From: Ginglymostoma cirratum | Lineage: Eukaryota | Direction: 5' to 3' | Length of the DNA: 64,000 nt | Assembly (NCBI GenBank): GCA_024137785.1 | Contig: JAHRHZ010000101.1 | Location: 7,577,126-7,641,125, forward strand | In this document: positions 41,504-54,256 of the stretch, one piece after another | Layout of the letters: every line of letters starts with the position of its first letter | Position numbering within the stretch: position 1 is the first letter of the stretch | Made by a program: the position numbers and the translations under genes | Notes under the pieces: generated by a model | Databases searched by the model: none | What the model saw: the letters and a program-made list of their open reading frames with translations, nothing else | Told to the model about the DNA's origin: nothing

Positions 41504-41895
41504 TCATTTACATGAATTAACGGTGCCCATTAGTGCAAGGGAAATATTCACAAAACTCAGTTTACCGTTGGATTTATCAACTGTTCTGTTGATAATTTTT
41601 AAGGGAATCGCTTCATGTCCCACCACGCAGGAGTACGAAACACCGCTGGCCCACTCCTCTGCTGCAACTGATAACAGGCTGTACATGAAGAAGGAGTTAT
41701 TGTCGTTCTCCGCTATCACTTCGGTGTTCTTGTAGTTCACAGGATTCATCAGTTTATTATTGCTAATCCACTTAACAAAGATCTCTCGGGGATAGAAATC
41801 TTTCACTAAGCAAGTGAGGGGAACAACTCTCTGAGCAGAGACTTCTTCTGTCGGGGGCAGGAGTATTGAAACGAACGGTACTCTCAGATCTCCAG
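41504..41895 (-). CDS. IgM1gj: Third constant exon (IgM CH4 homologue) plus secretory tailpiece
   Basis: Acceptor CTGCAG at 41896. [43 protein letters not shown]...[43 protein letters not shown]. Tail has an NIS sequon and penultimate Cys. Internal TM donor G|GTAAA at 41565. Confidence 0.95.
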
Positions 41896-42159
41896 CTGCA
41901 GAAAATTTTTAACAAGATCAGTAAATTGGAGCATTCCAAAGACAATATTTCGGGTATTTCAGATAATAGACATGGTGGAAATGTTCTTTGGAACAAAATA
42001 TAATGGCTCCTCTTCTCTGCTGCGGGCTTTGTGTTGTTTTGCAGCCAGGAGCAGAGACGGTTGAAAGTTTTCTCCACGAACACTAAAAAAATCCCAGGAC
42101 GATTACATAAAATGTGTAAAAACGAAATAAACAGTTCGACTCTCCTGTACTTTGAGGGC

Positions 42160-42430
42160 ATCTATTTGACACAACAGCCGCTTCACACCTTCCTATTTAT
42201 AACATTTCACAGAATCCCACCCAGACCCATCTAATCAACATACCCCTGAATACTATGGGCAATCCACCTAGCCTGCACATCTTTGGACTGTGGGAGGAAA
42301 CCGGAGCACCCGGAGGAAACCCATGCAGACACGGGGAGAACGTGCAAACTCCTCACAGAGGGTTGCCCGAGCGGGAATCGAACCCATGCCCCTAGCGCTG
42401 TGAGGCAGCAGTGCAAACCACACAACATGC
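42160..42430 (-). mobile_element. HE1-type V-SINE in the CH3-CH4 intron
   Basis: Same family. Confidence 0.82.
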
Positions 42431-42598
42431 TCTTCAATTCGTCGCCACTTCCTATTCATATCTAACTTCTGCCAATGTTCATCATTGTGATTCCCAGGGT
42501 GTTTAGTTCATGCAGTTTCAAATTATTTGTTAAAATTGCCAATTTTACGACTGAAGTAGACACAACTACTGACTTATTGTTTCAATCTCCCCGCTCAC

Positions 42599-42907
42599 CT
42601 TCCTTCTTGTGGATCGAACTTCTGAGAGGAGTTGACAGATCCTGATGATTCACTATACAGGAGAAATCATCGCCGCTCAGCCAAGCTTGTGTCGAGACGT
42701 TTAGTTTGCTGACCACGCTGTCGGGATCCTCTCTGGTTTGAACGACAACATTTGATTTCAGAGACCTTTCCCCCCGTGTCCAGGAAATGTTGACATCATG
42801 AGGGACGTTGAAGGCGATGCAGGTTAATGTCACTGTAGCCTCTAGCAAAGCCTGTTCTATTGGCGGTGGGAGGAGATTAACCCTGATGAGACTGCACGTG
42901 GGAACAT
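42599..42907 (-). CDS. IgM1gj: Second constant exon, homologous to IgM CH3
   Basis: Acceptor AACAG at 42908, donor G|GTGAG at 42598, 309 nt. [19 protein letters not shown]...[30 protein letters not shown] matches shark C-mu3. Confidence 0.93.
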
Positions 42908-44654
42908 CTGTTAAACAAAAATGATACTCAACCAAAAGCATTTTCAAAGAAATTGGAAAATCAGCATTCAGATTTCACTCCCTCAAGCACACTAAATTAC
43001 CTATGTGATATTTGACTGCACCTTTTCGGAAAAAAATACCATTGTTCTCTGAAGGATAATTATTTAGAAAAGTTGTTGTAGCTTCTTCCTATCTGTTACC
43101 TCTAGAACTCAATTTAAGCTGAACGTATCCTCTAAGTCTCTTCTAATCCCAACATCTCTCTATCGGAGCGCCCTTGGATGACTAATAAATACATACACTG
43201 AGGTCCCTCCAACTTGAAACTATTAGAGTCATAGAGTTATAGAGTCTTAGAATCATCGAGTAATACAGCATGGAAACAAGCCCTTAGGGCCAAACTGGTC
43301 CATGCTGACCATGTCGCCCACTCAACGAGCTCCAAATGCCTGCATTTGGTCCACATCCCTCTACACCCTTCCCATCCGTGTGACTATGCAAATGTATTTT
43401 TTAAAATTTTATGATTGTACCTTTGTTGCTTTGTACTTATTGTCGCAATTCTTTTTGGATCCTTCACTTCTGCCTCCGCACCCCTTTCAAATTGTGTCGT
43501 CCAGAATGGCACTAAATACTGAAATCGACGTAGAGCCACTGTTTTTGTGAATATTCCAACACTACTTCATTGCTTTTGTACTGAATGTCCCTCTTTATAT
43601 TGATCGGGTCAAATTTGGCTACTAAATCTGCCCTTGCATGCTTCTGCTTCATCAATAAATTCTATACATAGAATCGATGGTCGAGATATAGAATATTGCT
43701 AATGTATACAGGTCGCCTCAAATTTTCTGTCCCCCTCACTCTTCCAACCTACCTCCCCTGAAGTGACTCTCAGATCCAACCCTGAGTTTGCAATTAAGCC
43801 AACTAACAAAGTTGGTACTGTTATTGTCTTGCAGACTGACTTCTATATTGCAAGGCTGTGCGCCAGCTCTCAAATACTTCCTCCTATCTCATCTGGGGCC
43901 GTGACCCCAAAACACTATCATGTCCACAATGGTTACTGTGCTCATTTCATACTCGCCACCAGCCCCCTGCTTCCGTGCTCATAATCTCCCAACACCGTAC
44001 AGCTCTCGTCCACCTAATACAGCCATATATTTGTAATTTGAGATTTAAGTTATTGTTTCTGGAGTTCTCCTCCAGAAGAATACTCTGTCTACATTCAACA
44101 ACGTTAATGTATTTAAATTTCTTCATTATACCACTGTTTTATATTTCATACACAAATTAAGACGAGTCTAGTCTTGGCTAACTTTCGCTGCTCGAATTGA
44201 ACTTGTAGCACAAATAGAAACCATATCCCTGCTTGAAATTGAATGTTGCTCAACTATTAAATTTCACACGTCTAATTCATGGCCGAAAGGATTGGCTGGT
44301 TTGAAACAAAACTGCATTTGATTTCTCTTCAGTTACTCTCCGAAATAACAACGAAATAGTAACCTTACTTTGGGAGTTAATGAAATTTCAAACAGCGAGA
44401 ATGTCAATCCTGAAAGTCAATGGGTTTAGAACTTTCCCTCTTTCTCATTCAGATTTATTTGTCCTCCCACTATAGAACTTCGAAGATAGCAAGAAATTAA
44501 CTACGTACTCAATAATTTTACTCTAATATAACCCAGCTCTCCAGAATCTTAACGTAATTTATGTACTTAACATAATTAAATTGCACGTTATCCGACCATC
44601 CTCTCTCCCATTCTCGTACAGCCTTTCACGTCCATTGTATTCTGAGAAACCAAC

Positions 44655-44954
44655 CTGGCATTTCCACTCGCCAGACAGACCTGCTGTATCGAACTTCACA
44701 GTATATCTTGCAGCATCTCATTTCTGAATCAGTGAAGGTTAACTGGCTGCTCAAAGCGTAGTTTCCCTCCTTGTTTCTCACTGATGGATAAGTCATAAAT
44801 CCAGTGATTATCGGCTCCCTGTCTTTCTTCCACGTCACTCTGATGACGTCAGGGGAATAATCCGTCGCCAAACAGACGTAGGTCACGGAACTGCCGGTGT
44901 TATGTTGTTGGTTGAATGAGATTAGGCCGTAGAGTGTGGGAGGAAACGGTTTCT
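44655..44954 (-). CDS. IgM1gj: IgM-type CH1 exon
   Basis: Acceptor CCCTAG at 44955, donor G|GTTGGT at 44654, 300 nt, phase 1-1. [43 protein letters not shown]...[17 protein letters not shown], shark C-mu1 pattern. Confidence 0.93.
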
Positions 44955-46198
44955 CTAGGGATGAATGCCCGTTTGTACAAGTTAGACACGGAAATTATCA
45001 TTTATCAAGCAACCACAAAAATCAAAATTTAACCGAAGGTATAAACTTATTCTAATAATTTTCAATTACAACATATGCCTGCATGAGTACGTCCGTTTGT
45101 TCCATAATGTAGTGGTCATCCCCTGTCGGTTGCTTCGGCATAAACCCATTTTCCTCTCACTTTTACCATATTGCTGATGACTACGAGCCTTTTCAGCCTA
45201 TCACAACGAAATATATTCTATTGGATTAAAATATAAAATCGGCTGAGATACCCATTTCATTCTACCATTTCCTGCTTCTCTGTTAGAAGTTCTCTGTAGA
45301 AAATTAAGTGTCATAATTGTTAGCATGGTACTTGCTGTCGTTTTCTGCATTCCAATTGAGTGCTGGAATTTTATTCTAAACCTGGCAAATTAAAAACAAA
45401 AGTGAATTGGCTTAAAGACTACTTCGTAATATATTTTGATAAAATGGGCGCAAAACTCTAAATGTGGACACCAAATGATATAATTAAATAAGTTTCGCAT
45501 CAAAACAGGCAGAGGCAGTTTTGGAAGACTTTGACAAGGAGCCTTAGTGAGTTAATACAATGCATCTTATAGATGATAACCAGTGGCACCATGATACGTT
45601 GGCGATACGTTGAATATGGAAAAGTGGTAGATGCCCTGCATTTCAAACGGCATGATTTGTTTTGGGTGTCTGGAAGCTTCTTGAACATATTTGCACCTAC
45701 AGCAATCAAGAAAAGTTGGGATGATGTCATCAGATTCTAGAACAGTGCTTTTTCGTGGTGTCCAGCGTTTAATGTGCATGGAGGAGTATTACTCACTGTA
45801 AGTTAACTAGTCTACTCTTGGTGACTACTATATATCTAGATGGTTCAGGTGAGGGTTTTTTTTGGTAATAGTAAAAGTGAGAATATTGACAGTGGTTGAG
45901 TTACATATTGAATGTAAGAGAGGAATCGTTAGAATACATCAGTTGGAAATCGTCATTTCCTTCCACTTCTGTGACTCGAATATTATATCCAAATCATGCA
46001 CGTGCATGCTGTCACTTTCATGTTGCATAGGACTGCTTCTGTATCCGTAGAATTGTGAATATTGACGAAAATGGCACATCAATTGTCAAACCCCAATTCT
46101 GAACTTCGAAAGGAGAAGCATCTTTGGTGAAGCAAATGTTGCAATTGACTGTAAATCTGTACGCTGAGGAACTTTGGGAGAGTCCTGTTGTAGTGAGA

Positions 46199-47526
46199 GA
46201 TAAAGGGTACTGCAGATGCTGTAGAATCCGAGATAACAAGCATGGGGCTGGATGAACACAGCAGGTCAAGCAGCATCATAGGAGCAGGAAAACTTGACGT
46301 TTCGGGCCTAAACCCTTCATCAGAAATGGGGGAGGGGAAGAGGGTTCTGAAATAAATAGGGAGAGAGGGGGAGGCGGATAGAGGATGGATAGAGGAGAGG
46401 ATAGGTGGAGAGGAGGCAGACAAGTCGAAGAGGCGGGAATGGAGCCAGTAAAGGTGAGTGTAGGTAGGGGGGTAGGGAGGAGATAGGTCAGTCCAGGGAG
46501 GACGGACAGGTCAAGGGGGCGGGATGATGTTAGTNNNNNNNNNNNNNNNNNNNNNNNNNNNNNNNNNNNNNNNNNNNNNNNNNNNNNNNNNNNNNNNNNN
46601 NNNNNNNNNNNNNNNNNNNNNNNNNNNNNNNNNNGGGGGGGGTAGGGAGGAGATAGGTCAGTCCAGGGAGGACGGACAGGTCAAGGGGGCGGGATGATGT
46701 TAGTAGATAGGAGATGGGGGTGTGGCTTGAGGTGAGAGGAATCTCTCCTCCCCCAACCGCAAAATCCCGCACATCTCAAATGTCCTCATTCTTCAAGGAC
46801 CGCAACTTCCCCCCCACAGTGGTCGAGAACGCCCTCGACCGTGTCTCCCGCATTTCCCGGAACACATCCCTCACGCCCCGTCCCCGCAACAATAATCAAA
46901 AAAGAATCCCCCTCGTCCTCACATACCACCCCACCAACCTCCGGATCCAACGCATCATCCTCCGACACTTCCGCCATCTNNNNNNNNNNNNNNNNNNNNN
47001 NNNNNNNNNNNNNNNNNNNNNNNNNNNNNNNNNNNNNNNNNNNNNNNNNNNNNNNNNNNNNNNNNNNNNNNNNNNNNNNNNNNNNNNNNNNNNNNNNNNN
47101 NNNNNNNNNNNNNNNNNNNNNNNNNNNNNNNNNNNNNNNNNNNNNNNNNNNNNNNNNNNNNNNNNNNNNNNNNNNNNNNNNNNNNNNNNNNNNNNNNNNN
47201 NNNNNNNNNNNNNNNNNNNNNNNNNNNNNNNNNNNNNNNNNNNNNNNNNNNNNNNNNNNNNNNNNNNNNNNNNNNNNNNNNNNNNNNNNNNNNNNNNNNN
47301 NNNNNNNNNNNNNNNNNNNNNNNNNNNNNNNNNNNNNNNNNNNNNNNNNNNNNNNNNNNNNNNNNNNNNNNNNNNNNNNTCCGCCTCCCCCTCTCTCCCT
47401 ATTTATTTCAGAACCCTCTTCCCCTCCCCCATTTCTGATGAAGGGTTTAGGCCCGAAACGTCAAGTTTTCCTGCTCCTATGATGCTGCTTGACCTGCTGT
47501 GTTCATCCAGCCCCATGCTTGCTATC
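46199..47526. mobile_element. Penelope-like element with inverted terminal repeats (two N gaps inside)
   Basis: Terminal repeat in both orientations, internal PLE ORF piece (RIPLVLTYHPTNLRIQRIILRHF), 16-bp TSD tcctgttgtagtgaga at 46183-46198 and 47527-47542. Confidence 0.85.
47435..47462 (+). ncRNA. Minimal hammerhead ribozyme motif in a Penelope-like terminal repeat
   Basis: CUGAUGA-A-GGG-uuuagg-CCC-GAAA-CG-UC, with short helix I (auuu/aagu). Confidence 0.65.
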
Positions 47527-48049
47527 TCCTGTTGTAGTGAGATTGTCCTTATCCCTGAACCGGGAGGCTAAGTTCAATTCATAACTGTTTCAGTGATGCG
47601 TATTAAATTCTTTGAACAGGGTGATGAGAAAAGGTCTACCCTAAGGAAGCCTTCTAATAATGTTCGACAAGTGAAATAAAGTTTTCCAACAACTGCAACC
47701 ATCTTCCTTTGTGCTACGACTGACTTCAAAAAGCAGAAAGATTTCACCTGAAACTATTGACATCAGTAATACAAGGACTGCTTGACTGTGTTCTCTGTTC
47801 GAGGGTGCATTGCTTTCATGATCAGTTATTTTCGCGTCAGTTCTGTAGTTTAGCGCTTTTGTTCATGTTTGCAACAAGACTTTAATGAGGCCGGGAGGCG
47901 AATGAATCTGGTGGAATTCATGCTGAATGTCAGTGAGCAAGCTCTTCCTTTGCGGCGAACACGTGGTAGCACTGTCGCTCACGCATCTGGAAATTTGTTG
48001 ATAATCGAGACTGGACTGAGCGGGCAGCAATTGTCTGATAATTGTCTGG

Positions 48050-48375
48050 ACCGTCACCGTGGCTCAGTGGTTAGCCCTGCTACCTCACGGCAACAGGGAC
48101 CCAGGCTTAATTCCAGCCTTAGGGAAGCGTCTGTGTGGAGACTCCTGTGCCTTAGTGGGTTTCCTCCGAGAGACCTGGTTTCATCCCACAGTGCAAAGAT
48201 GTGCAAGTTAAGAGGAATGGAAATGCTAAGTTGCCCGTTGTGTCCAGGGACATATGGGTTAGCGATGGGAAATGCAGGCTTACGAGGATAGGGCAGGGGA
48301 TTGAGTCTGGGTGGGATAATCTTCTAAGAGTTGGTGTCGAATCGTTGAGCTGTTTCCACACTGTCGGGATGCTGT
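48050..48375 (+). mobile_element. HE1-type V-SINE
   Basis: Same family. Confidence 0.78.
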
Positions 48376-49719
48376 GACGAAGGAAATACTCTCTTTTTTC
48401 ATATTGTTTTTCTGGTATACTGTGCTGTAGATGCCAGTGTTATAACTGTAGCGCAAAAAAAATGCTCGTGACGCAATTATTTCTGAAGCACAACTTTTCA
48501 ACGGTGTTGATATAGTTCAAAATATAGAAACTTGATTGTTGTTGCTGGACAGTTCCTAGAGAGAATCTAACTGGCTGAGGACTGACTCTGCGATGCTGGA
48601 GACCCCATATGGAGAACAAAATAGATCGTCAGCACTTTGGTTCTGGTTTCTGGCTGTTGCAAATATTTTACCCTTGACAGTTTGTGTTCTCCCAACAGAG
48701 AATAAAGATATTCGTTTTTTTCAAACCTCACAACGTTTCTGACAGGAGATTAATTGAGCTTTCAGTACAAAAATTCCATCCCAGATTTAAATTTCATCCT
48801 ACTTGTAATGATGCTGCTTGTAACATTTCTTGCGAAGAGACATTCCAGGCCCTAACAATCTGTAATGTAGGAAAACAGATTCTTACTCTCCCCCGCCGTT
48901 GCTTCTCTGTTCGTATTGCCTCATTATTCTCTACATATTAACTCAATGTTGTAGAGAAACAAAATGTTCAGAAATGTTGAGTGAAAATAAAAGACATTCT
49001 GTTTGCAAAACAGCACTCAGTGAGCCTGAAATAATCTCCGTTATACTCGACTATAGTTAATTGTTGTAACAATCGGTTGACAGCCCATTACAATGTGAGC
49101 TAAATCATTCAGTGCACAGATTGATAATTTACCATAATTTAGTAGCTGGAATCCGAACACTTGATGATTTTGCACTAACGATAAACTATTTCATTTATTT
49201 TCTGTACTTAATGCACAGTGATGAACTTGCAGTTCTTGCCCTATTCTGACATTATTAAAGATATCTCACAAAACACGGTTTCCCAACCCAAATCAATGGG
49301 TTGTGCGAACTGAACTTAAATTACCATTTTCTTCTGGGAGAGGGCTGTTATTTTCATCATCTGTTTCATTTTCTAGCACGCCTACCACTCACCAGTGAAA
49401 ATGTTATCATTAACTCTTGTTCTTATACTGTTCTCTGAATTGAATATTAAATATATTGCTTCCATAAAATCCTTATTCTGACGTTATTTAGATATTTTAA
49501 ATCTAATAGTGTCAATTGCTCACATTCAAGAAGGAGCATCACTAATTAATGTGTTTATTGTTGATGTGCTCTGCCTTCCCTGTTGTTTTGATTCGATAAT
49601 ACAGCCATAGCTGGTGAAAGTTCCATTGCTAGCATTAAATCTAAAATATCTTAGATGAAAGGAGGTCTATATAGAAATTTGAATTGCTTCAGATGCAAAG
49701 AGTTGTGGTAAATATCTTA

Positions 49720-51334
49720 GATAACAAGGTGTGGGGCTGGGTGAACACAGCAGGCCAAGCAGTATCATAGGAGCAGGAAAGCTTGACGTTTCGGGCCTAG
49801 ACCCTTCATCAGAAATGGGGGAGGGAAGAGGATTCTGAAATAAATAGGGAGAGAGGGGGAGGCGGATAGAAGATGGATAGAGGAGAGGATAGGTGGAGAG
49901 GAGGCAGACAAGTCGAAGAGGCAGGGATGGAGCCAGTAAAGGTGAGTGTAGGTGAGGGGGTTGGGAGGAGATAGGTCAGGCCAGGGAGGACGGACAGGTC
50001 AAGGGGGCAGGTTGAGGTTAGTAGATAGGAGATGGAGGTGGGGCTTGAGGTGGGAGGAGATAGGTGAGAGGAAGAACAGGTTAAGGAGGTTGGGACGAGC
50101 TGGGCTGGGTTTGGGATGCGGTTGGGGGAGGGGAGATTTTGAAGCTTGTGAAATCCACATTGATACCATTGGGCTGCAGGGTTCCCAGGCTGAATATGAT
50201 TTGCTGCTCCTGCAGCCTTCGGGTGGCATCACTGTGGCATTGCAGGAGGCCCAGGATGGACATGTCGTCTGAGGAATGGGAGGGGGAGTTGAAATGGTTC
50301 ACGACTGGGAGGTGCAGTTGTTTGTTGCGAACTGAGCGCAGGTGTTCTGCAAAGCGGTCCCCAAGCTTCCGCTTGGTTTCCCGATGTAGAGGAAGCCACA
50401 ACGGGTACAGCGGATGCAGTATACCACATTGGCAGATGTGCAGGTGAACATCTGCCTGATGTGGAAAGTCTTCTTGGGGCCTGGGATTGAGGTGAGGGAG
50501 GAGGTGTGTGGGCAGGTGTAGCACTTCCTGCGGTTGCAGGGAAAAGTGCTGGGTGTGGTGGGGCTGGAGGGGAGTGTGGAGCGGACAAGGGAGTTGCGGA
50601 GGGAGTGGTCCCTCGGGAAAGCAAATAAGGGTGGGGAGGGAAAAATGTCTTTGGTGGTGGGGTCAGATTGCAGATGGCGGAAGTGTCGGAGGATGATGCG
50701 TTGGATCCGGAGGTTGGTGGGGTGGTACGTGAGGATGAGGGGGATTCATTTTTCGTTATTATTGCGGGGACGGGGTGTAAGGGATGTGTTACGGGAAATG
50801 CGGGAGACACGGTCGAGGGCGTTCTCGACCACTGTGCAGGGAAAGTTGCGGTCCTTGAAGAATGAGGACATCTGAGATGTACGGGAGTGGAATGTCTCAT
50901 CCTGGGAGCACATGCAGCAGAGGCGAAGGAATTGGCAATAGGGGATGGCATTTTTGCAGGAAGGTGGGTAGGAGGAGGCGTATTCCAGGTAGCTGTGGGA
51001 GCCAGTGGGCTTGAAATGGACATCGGTTTCTGGGTGGTTACCCGAAATAGAGTCAGAGAGGTCCAGGAAGGAGAGAGAAGTGTTGGAGATGGTCCAGGTG
51101 AACTTCAGGTTGGGATGGAAGGTGTTGGTGAAGTGGATGAACTGTTCGAGCTCCTCGTGGGAGCACGAGGCGGCGCCGATACCGTCATCAATGTAACGGA
51201 GGAAGAGGTGGGGTTTAGGGCCAGTGTTGGTACGGAAGAGGGATTGTTCCACGTAACATACAAAGAGGCAGGCATAGCTTGGGCCCATGCGGGTACCCAT
51301 GGCCACCCCCTTTGTCTGTAGGAAGTGGGATATC
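49720..51334 (-). mobile_element. 5'-truncated Penelope-like element (RT C-terminus, GIY-YIG endonuclease, terminal repeat)
   Basis: QTKGVAMGTRMGPSYACLF, FLRYIDD, FLDL RT motifs; ETKRKLGDRFAEHLRSV..PVVNHFN endonuclease; frameshifts; 16-bp TSD tgtggtaaatatctta at 49704-49719 and 51335-51350. Confidence 0.9.
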
Positions 51335-54256
51335 TGTGGTAAATATCTTATTCGTTGGCTTTCTGAATATTTCAAGCACAATTGAAATACTTGAAGATGA
51401 TAAAAAAATTAATAATGATCATATTCCATAATTACCAGTAGCGCATAAGATAATTAGATCCTAAGGAGGAGGAACAGGAGTAGGCCGTTCGGTCCCTCTA
51501 GTTTGCTCCACTATTCAGTAGAGCTCATTGATCTGGCGTTCCTCACATCCACTTTCCTGCCTTTTCCCCATCGCCTTCGATGCCCGTAGTGTTCAAGAAT
51601 CTATTTCAGCCTTAAAGGTATGTAATGATTCTGCCCCCACTGCTGTCTGTGACAATGTGTCCCAAAGACACATAACCCTTACTGAGAGAAGAAATTTATC
51701 CTTTACCTAGTCTTAAATTCGTGCCTCCTTACTCTGAGACTTTCTCGACTCTCTCATGCATAGCATCGTCCTCTCAGCATTTACCCTGTCGGGCTCTTTA
51801 AGGATCCTGTATGTTTCAATGAGATCACCTCTATTTTTCTACACTCCAGTGAGTGGAGTGTTAACCTGATTAGCCTTTGCTCATAAGATAATCGGTCCAT
51901 ACCGGGTTGTTGTTCATCTAATAAATTTGAACTACATGCAGCACAGAGGTGGAACACAGATGTTGTCTTCAGTTTCTAAACTAATACCAATTCTGCCTCT
52001 TTTCAATTAAATTTATTTATTTGCGTTTATAAACTACAATTGTCAACCATTACTAATGTCCATACTGCACATTCCTATAAATAAACCTATATAGACGATT
52101 CATTCTTCATCGGTTATAAGCACCTCTCAGAAAAATTGAGATTAAATTTAATGTTTGACTAAAAACACTAATGGAACTGCATAAATGGGCATACATACGG
52201 ATATTGTAATAATCAGAAACACGTCTTGTTAAACTAAAATTTATAGTTTTAGCAACTAAAGTGAAAATGTGTATTTATCTGTTTCATTCAAGGGGTAGTG
52301 GGAATCGGTTGGGGGTCAACTACGTGCAATTGAGCATGCGGCAGAATTATTATTTGTGCTGAAATAGCTTCAGTCCTAATCAAAACATTGATCCAGCCCT
52401 TAAATATTTTCAACCTCAACATTGGGGTGCAGCACGCAACAAAAGAGTGAGATCTGACTGCATATTATAAACAATTAACTGAAGAGTAACCTTGTTCAAT
52501 ACCGAAATCTGTTAAATATTTTCTGAATTTATTTGGATATAATCATTATTTTGTCCAATTTTCACATCTACTAGTTATAAGATGTGCGACGGCTACATTA
52601 TTTTCTGATTCAGCATTCGTCTTTGTTTAACATGATGTGGACGTGCCAGTGTTGGGCTGGGATGGACAAGGTCTGGAGTCAAACGACACAAGGTTATAAT
52701 TAAACAAGCTTATTTGAAATTACAAGCTTTCAGAGCGCTGTTCATTCGTCAGATAAATTTAGTCGCTTCACGCGCTGACCGTGCAGCGGTTCGAAAGCCT
52801 GTGATTTCGAGTAAACCCGTTGGACTATAAGCTGGTGTCGTGTGATTTCTGACTTTTCCTACATGAAATTGCTACTAAGACGAAATGTGGAACTTGTTTT
52901 TTAAAAAAAGCCTTAATTTCATGTTACAAAGATGACCATTTTCGATCAGGGATTATGATTTAAGCAATTTCGAAGCAATTAATGTTTGCGTTTAATAAAA
53001 AAAAAAATGTGCTACCATTGAAGTTTATCGCATTTAAGCAAACGTGCAACAAAGGTGAAACGCCGAGCAGCTTCAGAAATGTAATTAATTCAGACCAAAA
53101 CAACGTTGTCTTCAGCAGAAGTACTTCAAATCACAATATTGCGCTTTTGAGAAGTGTCTCATGGACCATTATCTCAATGTTTCAAACACTCCCTTTGGAT
53201 CATATGGAATATCGTAAGGAATTCTCAGTACAAATTCTGTATCCACTGCTCGTCACCAAACTAATTAAAGATAAAATGACACAAAAATATGGACTAATAA
53301 CAACAGCATTGTGGGCAGTCAGACCATGAAAAATAAATTAAAACTGAAGCTTTAGCACATTTTGTTAATGATACATTATTTGTTGTTTCACCACATTATA
53401 ATAGCTGTTCTGAAGACTATATAGTTGTATCAATTTATATCTGAGAAAAGATGAAAATTTATTCTTAAATAAGAATAATTATTAATGGTCATCTTTGTAA
53501 CATAAAGTTACGTTTACAAAGAATTTCAAGTTCAGTGGTAATAACGTGTTAAATAAAGACATGGGTTAAGATGCTTATTCAGAAAATAATGCCTTACAGT
53601 CGACACGCGTCTTAAAATTAGTAAGTGTGAAAATTGGAGAAAACAAGGACTATATTCAAACAAATTTGTAAAACATTAAACAGACTTAGTTAAATCAAAA
53701 TTTTTTCTTAGTTAAATCAAAAGTTGTTTCCTTAAATTTAGGCATGTCTGTACATTTGGCAAATAAACGAACACTTAAAGGTCACAAGTAAATTACACTA
53801 TTATTAGTTCATCATATTTTACCCAGTCTTATTCTTCCCTATAATCTCCCAAGACTAAAATGTATGCAAATATCAAGCTGTAGAAAACTTTATTTATTTA
53901 ATATCATCAAACAGTAATTGGATCTTTCAGCAACATCTTTTGCGGAGAAGCAATTGACTAAGAAAGCAAAAAGAAGACACTGTTCATAGTGGACAAAAAC
54001 AGAAATAAAACTGTTGGAGAAACACGAACGGTTTGAAAACGTCCATCAAGAGAGACACAGAGCTGTTGTTTTGAATCCGATGCAAGTTTTCCTCAGAAAC
54101 AGGGAAGCCTATAATACTTCTGCAGAATTAAATCAGACTTTGCAAACATTTTCAAGACACAATACACAAAATCAAAACTCCTGTGAATGAATGAATTGAT
54201 AAAATGGAGAGAAAATGTTCATACGTTTCTTAAATAAATAAATGCATGATCCTTAC

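Noticed and set aside
46714-47571. Long ORFs of 159-285 aa containing X runs (also 55918-56397 and 60433-61294)
   Set aside because: Products of N gaps and Penelope-like sequence
44955-54256. Additional D/J segments or RSS in the J-C intron (e.g. cacagtg at 49214 and 48187)
   Set aside because: No nonamer at 12 or 23 bp and no WGxG segment seen; one lies inside a SINE
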